Source: Phoronis australis | Lineage: Eukaryota > Animalia > Phoronida | Reading direction: 5' to 3' | DNA length: 64,000 bases | Assembly (NCBI GenBank): GCA_002633005.1 | Contig: NMRA01000527.1 | Coordinates: 238,712 to 302,711, forward strand | Shown here: positions 13,901-28,900 of the stretch, piece by piece | Numbering within the stretch: position 1 is the first letter of the stretch | Layout of the letters: each line of letters begins with the position of its first letter | The notes under the pieces: model-generated | What the model was told of the DNA's origin: nothing | Database searches by the model: none | Seen by the model: the letters and a program-made list of their open reading frames with translations, nothing else | Position numbers and translations under genes: made by a program

Positions 13901-16900
13901 CTAGCCTTGGGAATACCATTTGAGCTGACTTGGGAGTATCACCCAAAGTGGTTATAGAAGCATCCACTGATTTGGCCTTGGGAGCACCTCTCAGAGCTGG
14001 CTAAGGGTATCCCAGGAGTCATGCCATTTTTGGTTTTGAAACAAGTCGGAAGTCCCCTATTTTGCAAAGGTATCTGATGCAGGAAATGAGGATGCACCAA
14101 CACACTCATATTTGTTCATTGCAAAACAATACCTGAAGCACTGGCTCCCCACAAGTGAACAGGTCAGACATCAGCTTCAGACCAACATGTGTAATATTAT
14201 TGCAGGACACGTCGAGTACGGACAGTCCAGTAAGAGTGGACAGACAGCTGGACAGCGACTTCATGCCCACATCACACATCTTGTTACCTGAAGGAACAAA
14301 GGGTGTCCTGAGCAAGAAATTACAGAGCAACCATGCTTGCTGATGAACAGAGGCACAAACGGTTGTCTACCACAACTTGGTCATCACACAGTTTTGCAAT
14401 GCTGCCTTATTTTTGAGTTACACGTCAGACAACCATGGAAACATTGGACAAGTTCAAACATGTTGACAATTTTTTAGTCGTCATGGACGCTCGAGATCTA
14501 CGAAGATATTTAAAAATCACGTAATGCTTCGAAAACACTTGCAAGTGTGTGAACGACGATGAAAACAGATTTCAACAACCTGTACTGGATGCTACAACTT
14601 AGGTGGATCAACTCATGACAACCTAATCAAGGCAGTATAGCTCGTGCAAACCTTGTAGATGCAGCTCCTTCAAGCTTGTGTGGAACTGCAAAGCCCTGAA
14701 GATTGGAGAAAGATTCTTGAGACTCAATGACAGGTCACGCAAATTCAGCACTTGGTCGACTTCAGAACTAGCCATGGATGATTTGATATTGGTGTACATG
14801 GTGCTGGTCACCGCTTTACACGCCTGCACGTAGCGATCTGCCAATGGTGGCAAGTCCCAGTTCTCCACCACGCTAGTTACCTGTGACAAATGTAAGGTAA
14901 AAATGACACAGCTTAGGAGACAATACAGTGGAAAAGTACTCTTTCATTTTACCAATTTTCAACAAAATTAACTGACAAGAAATTTCAATTTAGTTGCTAA
15001 CATGGTAGATACAATACGACTGCTACCCATGGCAATTTTAGTGATTAGTTTTGTTACAAATGGATCACTTTCTAAGGTTAGCGATTACTTTTGTTACAAA
15101 TATAAAGTCACTTTCCATGGTTGGCAATTACTTTTGTTACAAATAGGACACTCTCTATGATTAGCGATTACATTTGTTGCAAATAAGTCACTTTCTAAGA
15201 TTAGCGATTATTTTTGTTACAAAAAAGTCATTTTCTATGGTTAGCGATTACTTTTGTTACGAAAAATAATGAAAAGACCACTAGGGGGAGTAGATTATGT
15301 ACAATCCGTCTGGAAATGGATATCTCTCTGTTTGGTTGGATGTAACTTGCACAATTTTCTCCGAGTATTTTCACCGTTTCAAATATAAACAATGAAGAAC
15401 ATTTTGTTGTTACCTCCTCATCTAAGGTCAGCACCAGAGTAACTTGGTCATTCTCTTCCAACACAGCTCCCTCTTTTGTCAAGTACAGTTGAGGCTTAAC
15501 ACCGACCAAATTGTAGTACCGCTGAGATGCTTGCTGGGCCAGCCAGCCAATGGTCATGGTTGTGTCACTGCGAATGAAAACAATTAGACTTTCATGACAG
15601 ACGAATCATAGTGCAGTAGAGGAGACAGTCCAATGGATATCACGCAAGACTAATGAGGATTTGCCAGACTGAAGTGTTTCGGCATGGAGATGATTTGTTT
15701 GGTTCCCCACATGACAGGGCTCGACATAATGAGCTGCAGGACTCATATTTGTGATTTGAAATTTGGAAAAATGTCCTGAGATTTTGGAAAACTTGCATTA
15801 GTCGCACATGTGCAAGCTGTATTTTTTACACTTCTTTCCAGGATTGGCAAACTCGGGTGAATAAAATACGAAAGAACACTTACACACAAGGAAACCCTGA
15901 AAACAACAAGCCGACTACCCTTGTTAGTCCAAATACTTCATGAGTTGGAATCTGTGAGTGCCACCTGTATTCCAGAAGTGATACCTTGGATTTTGGCCTG
16001 TCACAAACAATGATCTAGTAATTTTCATCGCATCATCGATGAAGAGTGTTAATGTCCTGTCTCTTGTACAAACTCAAAATGAATGTCTTATTTTGTGTTC
16101 TAGTACAACATGATTTACGAAGGTTAGTTTCCAGCTCAATTTCACACCAGATCTATGCCACAAACTAAAGTAAGATTTTCAGTTCAGACTTAGGACTTGT
16201 AGCTTTAATTCTGGGGTCATCAAGTGCAAAATAGGATTAGCCGGCAGTCATCTACGTACAGTTCTAACCATGACGTACTCGAGCACAGAATAACAGACTC
16301 TTATTTTGAATTCCAACAAAAGCAGAATGGAAAATGCCAAAAATTATATTGAGTTCTTCTTCGAGTACAAAGATTAGACTGCGAGACCAAGAGTCAAAAC
16401 TGCAAATTAATACGGCTTCAGTTTAATCAAAGACTGAACACCTGGTCTTAACTCAGACGGTTGAATCTTGACTTTGTAACGGCAATTCATTAACGTGGTT
16501 TATGAAGGTGAGCGTTCAACATGACCTATAATCATGATGATGTTTGTAGCAATGTTTCGCAGTTGTCACCTTTGTGACGTGCCAACGACCTTGTTGGCTA
16601 CGATCTATGATAAAATGCCCCCCCCCCCCNAAACTTCACTACATGTAACTGACAGGGACTAAATAGTTTTAAGGTTCCGTAAATGACAGGGACTACATAG
16701 TCTTAAGGTTCTGAAGCAGAAGCAACAGCATCCTAGTGTGATATCTTGGAAATGTCAAAAAATAACCAGACCGATTAAGACATCAACTGCCAAAAGTAAT
16801 TAAGTAAGCCAATAAAAAATGTTTCAAATCTTTCAGTTTAAAGCACAAGTCCACTTTGACCCGATACTTGAGATTATGGACACTAGTCATGATGTATAAA

Positions 16901-19900
16901 TACCGAGCTGATTATCTGACAATAAATTTGGTGATCAATAAACAACCATGCATAAACTAAAATTCTGCCTTGGGAGTTGAGAACAAGAGTATGCCCAACC
17001 ACATGTGAAGATGGTTCCCATAACCACTTGGTTTGTTAAGGTAACATGTTACAACACAACACTTTCAACCTTACCTGATGGGAATGAGCAGCACCTTGTC
17101 TTTCACTCTCACTTTAACACGCCAACAGGTGGCAGCACTAAGCACTGGCATGTGAGATGAGTCAGTGCTAACACTGACATTCTCGTCTCTTATCTCTTGG
17201 CTAGACTCGCTTCCATCATCACGTTCAGCGCTAGGTCTACCCTTTGTTGATGTGCGCTCACCAAAATGGGTCATTTTTAGCTGGGTCCTTCGCTTACGCT
17301 TATTTCTGATAGTTGCACGAGTTCTCGTTTCGTCATTATCTGGGAGGCTGTTGCTGTCACTGTCCAGCAAAGCAAATTCACTATTCTCCTCCCCGGCCAC
17401 AATAACAGATTCATTATTTAACGTCGTCCTTGAATTAGAACCGCTCGTTGCGTTTTTACGATTTGTTGTGAATAAGCCATTGACGTTTACACGTTTTCGT
17501 TTTGAAGGTTGCATATCATCTATCAGCCAATCATCAGTCAGAGCCTCGTCCTCATTGATCAAAGCTGGAATTTCCTCGGTGGATGCTGTAACTGTGGAGG
17601 TTAAAGGTGTTTGCACCGTCAAACGAGTTGCTGAACTGCCAACCATACACATAGCTTTTCTAGAAGTGAAAGATATTGTACATCTTACAAGAAAAGCTAA
17701 AAACTGATGTGAGCTGTTAACAATCACTAAATCAACATTTTGGTGGGCAAAAATAAGCAATAACTGAAACACAAGTACTGCAATACCTACTAAATAATCA
17801 CCGTGATACAATAGGTGGCACTCAATAGGTGGCACTCAATAGTTTTTTGAGCCACAGTTGAAATTCAGGTACCCTTCAGACTCTTTGGATTTGCGAAAAA
17901 TCTGGGTGGTCGACCCTCACTTATCACCTGATTTCTGTAATCTGACAATTTCTTGGAAATCCAAATGCACAGTCTCGCAGTTTGTAGTAACCATATGCAA
18001 GTGGTGGCTTTGGGGTAAAAACTGTTAATTTTGTATTTTTGTTCATTTTTAAGTAGCTGGCTGCACTTTCAGTAGGTGTAAAAGAGGGAAAAATTGACGT
18101 TAAAATCAGAGTTTGAGCAAATTAAATAAACATAAAGATACCTAGGTAGCAAAAAAGTGTACTTAAGAACAATACACATACATTCAATTAAAATGAAAAT
18201 ATAAAACTACCATAAAAAGCATTCATCTCATTATCAGCACCAACTTACTGATGCCTGAAGGTCACTTAGATGATCAACATATGTATATAAATCTTTACCT
18301 GTAGGCTGTACGAGCAGCATAAGGAGATTCGGGATAATTTTCAATCTCTGGCTGCAGGTATATAGTCTCACTGTCCTCATCATCACCATCATCAAGTCTA
18401 AAGTCAAACACAAAACCACCGATTAAGAAAAACTGCAGATGAAAAATGCACAACAGCCACAAATGCAAATATAAAGTACTTTACTTATTCACTTTTTCAT
18501 GGAATAGAGGTGAAGAGCCAGGTCTTATCAGTCAATGACTGCTTCCAATATACTTCAACAAGGATAATGGGAGAACGCCAAGTTGAATTTAAACTGTTTC
18601 GATAGGTAGGATAGATTTAACATGAAACAGCAAAATAATCGTGTGAGTGTAAATCATCTCGAACTTGTGAGCAAGTTACCTAAAAAACAGTGCAATGACA
18701 GCTTTTGTCAATGTTCCAGGTTTCAAGGTTAACTAAAGATGTCAGCTTCATGGAATATAAAATTCAACTATCTCAACAAAATAAAACACAATTTCTTTTC
18801 AGGGCAACAATTAAACAATCCCTTAAAGTTCTTAAACCACCATTTACCTTGTTCTGACAAGTGACTATGCCGTCATTCACCGACACGAGTGTAACGTATT
18901 AACGAACCCAGTGCCAGTGTCATGTCCACCAAAAAACAAGTTTCTTGTACAAATTCGCGCCACATCCGCGCTTCTCCAATGTCTCCCAGGAAAGTGAAGA
19001 GTCACAGTGTGACCAAATATCAAGTTGTTACAACCACCGCAAATGCAACGCCTCGCCATTCCTTATTATACCATAAATCACAGGAAAACAAGCAGCAACA
19101 TCTGACGACTTTTCACACTAAACACAATGGAGGATGATTAGTGATGTGATTGGTTGTCCTGGTTTTACGTAGTATGCATCGACCAATAAAAGCTTGGAAC
19201 TCGAAGACATCAACTAATTAACATATTACCACATATTGTTTGTGGGTAATCTGGGTTACTTTTTGATAAAAAATGGTGATTTAAGCACTTTAATAGTCAT
19301 TTTCTCACATTTCGTGTATCGGCTTCTTCTTTTGTGTCTTTTTCACTGTTGGAAGTACTTCAGTGTCGTAGAGATCGTCAACAGGGGGCAGAGCAGGAGA
19401 CACCTTAGCTCCACCTACAGTATTTTGTCAATGCAAGATTAAAGCTCAAATTGTGAGAACTACATCCAGCCAAATACAGACCGATTCAATCTAGAATAAA
19501 ATTAGAAAAAGATTCTAATAGATAAACAACAAAAACATTCCACATGGTACAGTGCAATCAGGTAAAGTTAGGAATGCTAATTCCCCTCATTAATCCCCTA
19601 AAAAAGTGTTCGAAACCCAACTAGACATTTTTAAGGATGAAAATGTCTGTGTAAGGCTTTGTCGCGTACATCATAAAAAAGCAATTGTTACTAAATTTTT
19701 ATAGAAATTATCTCATACAAAATCTCCGCGCAAACTTCTAAAAACTCAACTCATTTATCAGATTTCAGTAAATTCGGTCACTTCCTTCAATTTTCTACGA
19801 AACATCATGAAATCTAGTCCATCACATTTCTTGTACAGGAAGCAAGAACGAGCCAACACTGGAAGTTACAAGAAGCAAACAGTACATGTTACCTGAGACT

Positions 19901-22900
19901 CCCTCTGACAATAACTTCTCTGCTGCCCTGATGTCAGCCAATGCCTGTCTGTCCAGGTCATCCTGCGACCTCTCTTTATATAATTGCAAACAGTCTAGAG
20001 CTGTATTCCCCTATGTAATCAAAGACTATTTCAATACGCCAAACAAACATGTCTTCAGATGCATAGTCACCTAATCTAAACAGAGAAAAGCTAGTTTTAT
20101 TCAGAATTTGCTCACGAAATTCCTCCGTTAAAAAATCGATTGTTAGTTCATTACACAACTTAATAGCACAAGGTAGTGAAGTGTGTGAAACACGAAAGTT
20201 CAAATTTCACCAGTCCAAAACAATAAATTTCCATTTTCTCTGGAGGCTTTAATTGCATTTGGGATAATGACAACAACTTGTTACAGAACCTAGAAATGTA
20301 GAACTTTAGGACGGCAAAAATACGTACGTCGTCGTCCTTGTAGTACAGACGCGCACCTCTCTGCACTAATAACTGGATGACCTCTGTGTTGCCACAGCTA
20401 GCAGCATCATGGAGGGGTGTGATCCCACCGCACTTATCGCCGCCTCTATCGTTGATGTGAGCCCCATGGTCCAAGAGATAGCGAACGATCTCAAGATGAT
20501 CGTGATTGGACGCCTCATGGAGCGGAAGCCAACCGCAGAAATCCCGTGGATTCACAGGGTGGCCCTGAAATGAAGAAGAGTGAAGCACATATAAGGATTT
20601 TTAACAATGACGCGTTTGGCACCAGTATGACATGATTTGGACATGGAAAGTTGATCAGGAATGCAGTCACATGACAGTGTCAATAATTTCTTGGATACTT
20701 TTCTCGTTAAGGAAGCCATGAGGCACATTTTAGTATGCAAAACTTTTACAAACTTGTGTTTTGATTAATCGGTCACACCAATTGCATTGTACCAGGGGAA
20801 TTGAGAAAGATTAAACCTGACTAGGTCCACAGCAAGATATTAGCTTTCATAATCCTTAGCAACTTGAAGCACTAAGTAAAAGCTTGCCTAATAATTTTTA
20901 ATACCGGCATTTGAAATACAGCCTAAAGAAAAGTTAGTGTCTTAAATAGTCCTCCAAGTTATGACTTAACTTGAATATGTCGATGTGATTGATGTGGCCA
21001 ACAGATGGCGTGCAGACACGACCTAAATGTTTGCATGACTTAACTTGCCTGTTCAATCAGTTTCTGCACTTTCTTCAGATTTCCTTCAATACACGCTCGA
21101 TGTAGGGGTGTCTCTCCTTTTTCATTCAACTAGAAACAAATGACAGAGTCAACTATTTCTCAGCAATGGGTAGCCTGCGAAGCCTCAAGTGGGATGTGCA
21201 TAGTCAGGGCCATCCCAAAATAGACTGGCATGGGAAAGGTTGTGACAAAATTTAGTAAAAATCCTACAAATCACTTTAGGAACAACATAGGACAAGAAAC
21301 TGAGGGCATAGCTAAAATGAAAAACGGAAACAGTCAGATATAACATGCCCACATTTCGAGAACCAGTTTGATGCCTGTTATTCAGTGGAGAAAACTGGTT
21401 CTCAAAATTCGGGCATGTTACATACGACTATTACCCAAAATGAAACCAAAAGTGGCACAAGAAGGTATTGTTACACTTAAACCAACACATAAATGGGCTG
21501 ACGTCATCCAACCTGACAGACCCATATCTGTGAAGTGCTGCCCCTTCAACACATGTATTCATAACACCTGTCTTTTACCTTAACTTTAGTCCTCCTTGCA
21601 CCCTGCCGTACCACAGCTTGTCTGGACAGTTCCTCGTCAGACGCATCTGAATAAAACAACATAAAAACGCAAAAATTTCCATCAAATGAGCGAAATGATA
21701 CCAGTGTAACAACGAGTCCATGTAAAAACACACACACTTATGTACAGGCCCTTAAAAAAAACATAGACAAGTAGAAAATACACCTCAGTTTTTACTCACT
21801 CAAAATTGTCAAAATGCATAGTTTCACATACATGAACAGGCGCAGAACAATAACAGTAATAATAATGCAGTTCAAAATGCTCCTTCTAAGCACGTACGAA
21901 CACAAATCTCACCACTGTCGGAAAGATCTCCAAGACTTTCGTCAGAATCGCTGCCATTTGTACCTCCCCCTCCTTCATCCTCGGAGAGTTCCTCATCAGA
22001 CTGTATCTCGTACTTTTTCTTAAGTCGATTCAACAATGACTGTGTCTTCTCAAGGTCTTCAGTCATACCTTGGGACTCCTGAACTAGGCTCAGTGACTTT
22101 ATACAGGTGACCTAAAGTCAAGCAAGGGTGTATGTAAATTTATTGTTTATTGTTCAGCAGTGCTAGTCACCAGGGCTTGGAATGACCAATGACAAAAAAC
22201 GCGGAAACTTTTACGGCCCAAATCATGCGCGCTACCCAGCCTTGAAATGGTCGATGTGAACCTTTCCCCCGCGAGAAAAATCGGGAGGACTAAAACAAAA
22301 TAATAAAAAAAAACGTTACCACCATCAGTAGCATGCGTCTGCGTCGTTTAGGTCACCCGTCGACTCCCAATCCACTCACTTTTGGCTGCAGAGCCGTAGT
22401 ATTTGTCGCCGCGGTTTACAGTAACACGAGACGCCATTGAAAATCCCACCACGCTATCCCAGATGCCCTGGCAATGTTGACAATTTACGTTCCTCCGAAA
22501 CATAAAGAGCAACTTCCGCTTTTCGAGGTGAACGTCGTCTGCAACGCTGCGGTAAGAAAGGAATTTGCTGCGGAAATTTTATATCAAATCCGATTTTTTA
22601 CGCGGAAATATTATAAAATGCGCGGAAAGAACATTTGAAAAAAGCAGAAATCCGCGTTTCTGCGGAAAATTCCAAGCCCTGAGTCACTTGCCTCACTTGC
22701 AGCAAGAAATCTTGGCTTAGGCCAAAGGAAAGAGCATAATTGATTCACGCAAAACTCATTTTGAAATGAGCACCTCATTGATTAAGGGAACAAATGCCTG
22801 TAACATCATTTGAGCAAAGTTCATTTTAATTTTGAGCAAAGTTCTTTTTAAGGTACTTAAGTGCTTTTTCATACCACAATTGAGCATTCTATCACACCCA

Positions 22901-25900
22901 CGCAATACATCTGTATGAAAATGAATTATTTTCATTCGTTGTCATATATCATTGTATTCTTAACATCAGTTTTTTTATTTATGTATTCGTATATAATCAT
23001 TGTACAGTATATAGACTTCTTTGTATTTTTTTACCCAGATCTAATGCCTCTTAGCGCTTTCTGGGTTATGTATATTCATTGTATTCTGAAGATTTCGTAA
23101 TAAACATTAAAAAAAAAACACTCACGCAATCCTTTTTCTGTGACAAGCAATTTGCCAGTGTGCATAAGCTTATTCAGAAAACATTGGCAAGATCTTGCCT
23201 TTCATTACAATGATCTCCAGTGAGGATGTCCAACTACAGAGTACCCCCCGTTTGTCTCCAATAGTCCGAGGGAAAAGTAGTTCGTACACATACTTGCGTC
23301 AGAAAAAATAATTCGTACAAGCTTTTTGGATCGGTAAAATGGAAATTTTCATTCCTTTAAAAGAACATGAATCAATAAGCGCCAATTCTATCAGGTGATC
23401 GGAATCCGTTATTTGCTTTACTATGATAGCATAGAGCTTGAAAAGTCATTTTTCAAACTACGAAAAGCTGTAATTAAGCGAAAAATATGTCTGAGATAAT
23501 CAACGAACCTCATTTTTGCTAAAAATGACATGAAAAAAGGTTGCCTTCGCCTTTAAACATTCACAAAAGTTTTGAATAATTATTCATTGCAAGTGTCTGT
23601 GAACACGTACCACCGAACTGCGAAAAGACCTTAAGGCTCGAGTATTATCGTCAGCTCAACATGATATTAGTCAGTGCAGTCACCATCTCCGCAAAAAACA
23701 ACACACTATACAACTTGCATTATAAATTTCACCGTCCCTTGAATAAGACATTGTCATTCTTTGGAATAACGTGGCAAAAACAGATTTCCCTTCTTTCAGA
23801 AGCTACTTTCTTCACAGCTCAGAATATGCGACCATCATGCTTTGCCATTTTGTCAACAGTACGTATTTAGCCGTAAATAGCCGGAATTAGACGTAGTAAG
23901 CAATCCACAAATCACAGAAGTCGTTGCTTATAGGTTAGGTCTGTGACACACATACCAATAGAAGAGGCCTCGCGATTCGCTGATTATCGAGCTATTTCGG
24001 GAATCAAACGAAGCAACTTTTCCGAGTCTGTAGCTCAACTTTGTGGCTAAAATAATGATTTTAAAATATTTTTTTAAATTCTAACTTTAAAATCTTCTTC
24101 CTCGACCATTTCTACTACAAATCAGCGCATTTATTGAGAAACAAGCGAATTAATAATCTCTTTTGAATTTGCTAAATTTGCGTATTTTTGTCTGGCCGAG
24201 CCGTACTTGCGTACTGGAGGCTTGAATTCCGTACGAATACGCATTTTTTTTGCGTATGGTACACAGGTCTGTGTGAGTTTTGGCAAAACCACTTTCACAT
24301 TTCTGTGGCCTGATTTTTTCGAATACACTAGTGCACTGCAGTCGGAAAATAGGTGCGACAGACGACATCGCAGAAAGCGGAGGTTCCTGAAGTTTACGAA
24401 CATGGGAAGAAAACAAAGTGACAAAGAGTTCAAGTATTACATTTTGGAGTAAATCCATCACCGGGAAAATAATTTGTCACTTGTTGTTATAATTCACATT
24501 GCCAAACCACCATCTCGGAGGCCGTCGTTGCACTCATTGTTATCGTCGATCTTTATCTCTAATACTTCGAACACTCGACATTCTTCTCTAATAGTTTGTT
24601 CAGCCAATTTTGTCTCTATAAATTCGTACACGAAGCTCTCAAGGGAAAAATAGTTCATACACTAGTGTATGAACTAATAGAGAAGACACCGTAAATTTGG
24701 TCATCTACGTATTACGTGTACTTGAAGCAAAATATTTATAGAATTCAGCAAACCCTTACCTGTAAATGTTTGTGCTTCGCCTGCATTGCACAGTCGTAAG
24801 CAGACCTGTAGGATTCTACTAATGTGTTGTAATCTTCCTTACCATTTTCTTGGGCTTCTGCAATGTTCAAGTGTGTACGACACGCCTGGAAATACAGCCA
24901 TGTAAGCCAATTCAGTTGTAGTAGCAGCAATATCTGTCAACACTTATTTGACATAACACGCAAAAAGAGAGATTGCGTATGCTTTTAGAACACCAAAACA
25001 AATGATTCCAATTTAGGACGAAGCAAGTTTGATATGATTTAATACATCAAACAGATCCCCTGTAACCTCCAACCAAAAAATCATAAAAAACTAAACGTGT
25101 CGACGCAAGTTTTTTTTTCTGAATTAAGTTATTAATTCTGACAAACATAACCAATAACGAAATCAGACTTGCATATGTTCCACCATAATAGTTACATTAA
25201 CAGCGAGCCCAGAATATGCAGACAAAATCCTGGTGCGAAAAGCATGTTCACTGTGAACGACTCCTTTTGAACTGTAATCCAAAGTTTAAGGGATGTCACA
25301 TCCTCCAAAATCAAAACAGCATTCATGAGCCAGAATGTTGAAGATGAAAATCAACTCTTATCTTGAGAACACAAGACAATAAGTTTCATTCACGCAGCAC
25401 CTAATGACATACATAGGGTAAAATTACAGAAATTGCAATAAGTCTCCACTTATTTCACACAAAAACAAATGCCAAAATTGTCATTTTTCCATTTTTCAAC
25501 GGCTGATTACAAACAGTGAATAGTTCACCAAATGTTGATTTCTGACACCACAGTTCATACAATCCTAGTAACAGATTAAACCTTTCTTGATCTTCATTTT
25601 TATTAAGAAATTTGACAAAATAGAATTTCACTTGTCCCTAATATTGTGTGAGAAATAAGTGAAAATTTACCATACACTTACCTGCTCAAAGTCCCCTTGC
25701 CTACACCCCAGCTCCTTTCGGTAGAACTCCACAGCACGGTCATACTGCCTGAGATCAGAACATGTCTGAGCCAGCGACACGTAGAGCGGAGCAAGAGAAG
25801 AGGGAGGTTTGTTCAGTTCAAGTGCACAGTCCAGCTGAAAAATACAGTGAATGGATGGTTCGACAGAATTAACTGGTATCTTGGGCATTTACTACAACTC

Positions 25901-28900
25901 CGCACCTTTTAAGGATATGCCAGTCGAGAAAGTTTCGAGTAGGGTTGAGACATTCATGTAGTGAGAGATTCCGGATTTGTGACATGAGCAAAGCAGAAAT
26001 GGTATTCCAGAATACAGAAGAGATATCACATCTACCTGCTGGTAAACATTGCTTAATCAACTTCACCAAACCATTAAAAATCACCTACTGCTTTCTCATA
26101 CAGTTTAAATGCCTGCTCAAAGGCAGACATATTGGCCAGTAGATCAGCCAGTTTCTCATAAAGAGGCAGCATCTTGTTACTGTCAACCTTTTCACTGCTG
26201 GTAAGCTCTTCATCTAGTCTGCACAACTTCAACACTGGAATAAAAAATCAACATTAACAGAATAGCAGATTCATCGTGTTCAGAACTAAGAACTAGTCAG
26301 TCATGGGTTAGTAGAAGCTAGTCACAGGTGACTAGGAGCTAGGCAACAGTACCTTAAGAGAGTTACAGTAAATAGAGTTACAGTCATCAGCAGCCAGGAC
26401 ATTATCAATGATACTAGGAGTTAGTCATCAGAAATTAAATATGCTATTCATTAACGAAGAAGTTTTTGATGGGAATTAAATTTAGTTATTCCTGTTAGTC
26501 ACCAGAAATTTACTGTTTCGGAATATTTGATCATGTGTGCAACCAGCAGTAACTGCGATTTGTGGCGGAGCACTGAGAGTTCCGTTTAAAAACAACGATC
26601 AAGTATCACCCAGTAATATTGCAATACGGCAAGTTTGCATCTCTAACTTTACGCCATATACAGTATGAATAGAGTGACGTTGACTCATTGCTCACACAGA
26701 TCACTGGATTTATCGCAGTGATTTATTGTGCATTCAGCATGACATAATTTGTGTTACATGGGGTTTTAACGAAAAAAAGATACGGCACCTTGCCATTTCG
26801 ATTTACTAACTTTAACTAAAAGTAGACTGCAGCCATTTATAAAGTGCTAAAAATATTCCAAATTTTTGGCATTTATGAATCATAGTCACCATTCGACCTG
26901 ATTGATCTTAGATGGCTTTAAGCACAAGGTTAAATGTCACGAGAGAATGTATAGGGTGCATTTCCAACTTATATTTAACATCTCATAGGCTCAAGACATC
27001 TACCTGACTTTAGCTGTCGTTCCACAGCAGTCCTTGTACTCTCCACAGGCGAGCGACATTTATAGGCGAGCTTCAAACATTTCTTGGCGGCAGAGTAATC
27101 ACCCACCTGGACAAACATCTGTAGAGAAGTAGTAACTGAATTACAATGGTGTATCTCAAGGTTTTAAAGAAACTAACATTACAGCATATATACAGAATTC
27201 TATTCTTTATATTGTATACATGTAATAGCTCAAGACTGGAGAGGTGAAGCCTGAAAACAAAAATAAAACATGGTTTCATTCTCAAGGATCACACGCAAAT
27301 TTTTATTTGAATTTCATTCTGGGGAATATACGGTAAGTGCATATTACACTAGATTTTAATTTTATCTTTATACACACTTTACACTCCGCAAAAGTCTAAA
27401 CTTGGAATAAACCAGACAATTTGCACTTGCAATCTACAGAATCCTCATCTCACTTTGGACACTATCTGTTTAGAAAGACCTGTTCACTTTATAATATTAT
27501 AATCTTTATACAGACAGTGTTCTGCACAACCTGCTAAATCTGATCGCAGCAACGAGTAGGGACTCATATGCAACATGCGAATATCTAAACAACAATGAAC
27601 ACATGCTAACAGGGTTTAGAAATTGGGTACGTCACTCCTGCCACATCTGTCAGCTAGTGAAATTCATTCGTCAGTTCACCAAGTCACCTGAGCTTTCAGA
27701 GTCAGAGACTCAATTTCACACTCCTTGTCGGCCATCTTGCGAGCACACCCTAATGCTTCCTCCACACAGCGGAGAGCTTGAGTCGTATTGTTGTTCTTGT
27801 CATAGATTCCAGCCATAGAAAGCTGGCATCTGTAATGATCGTCTACCAAAGAATTCTTCCTAGAAAATTGAATAACAAATTGGTAAGATTAAGCATTACT
27901 ACAGCACTTGTAAATGATAACAGGCGAAAATAAGTTTTGAGACACTTTACAACACAAATGAGTACAATATTTGTGATGTAGAGGTGTTTGTTACTCCTTA
28001 AACAGTTTGATTTCCAATTACCGAATTTACTAACAGACTAGGTGAATCTAGAGATCTAGTTGTGTGGTTATGACATAGTGTAAAACAATTGAAAGCATAT
28101 TGCTTTAATTGGTTAATGTTTGTATTTTAAATGTCAAGGCAATGGTCGAAGAGCTTGATTTCTTAAGGTAAACTGCGGAAACTCAAGTCCCAGTACAACA
28201 AATTGAAGATAAATGTGCAAAATATGCATTTACCAAATTAATAATAGTTTCAATTGCTTATTAAATAGTGTGTACTGGTTTACTACATAAGTCAGCTAAT
28301 TTGATTCTAAATTTATATAAGTTTATGGTACAGATCGAGCCATATACAGGGATTCACTTGCTTGCTTCAGTATTCAAGTCTGTTCCTATGTTCCCGCTGA
28401 CCTCTGGTTAACCGACAGTTCATGAAATGAAATCGGCCTATATCGGGCTTCTTCTTTAAAACGAGGGACCTTTCTTTGTTAGCTCAATCTTGAGTGAACA
28501 TTGAGATCCACCCAACGTGCAGTGATTGAAACTTACTGACATATGACCGTGGCCTGTTTGATATAGTCTGAGCATCTGCGCCCGTCTCCCTTGGCGTCAA
28601 AGACTAGACCACAGTTCAATAATAGCCTAGCCCTCATCTGCTGGTAGTCACGAGTGGCAATGATACATCGTAGTCTCTCACACAGTTCCAGTGCTTTGAC
28701 AAAGGACTCTTCAGCCTTGAACAGTAACAAAGAAACCATTTGTGTTCTCCACGAAAATGTTTCCTGTAGATACTTTAGTGATTATTACTGACATTCACCC
28801 TTTAACTATTATCAAAGATTTGTGTTATATAGAGACAAGGAATTTATTCAACCAAGACAAATATAAACACAGATAGTTCGACACTGCAAACACCAAATAA

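Noticed and set aside
17165-17707. 180-aa plus-strand ORF, and other antisense ORFs over exons (e.g. 37755-38042, 51875-52264, 58046-58366)
   Set aside because: Shadows of real coding exons on the opposite strand or in another frame, with no independent features.
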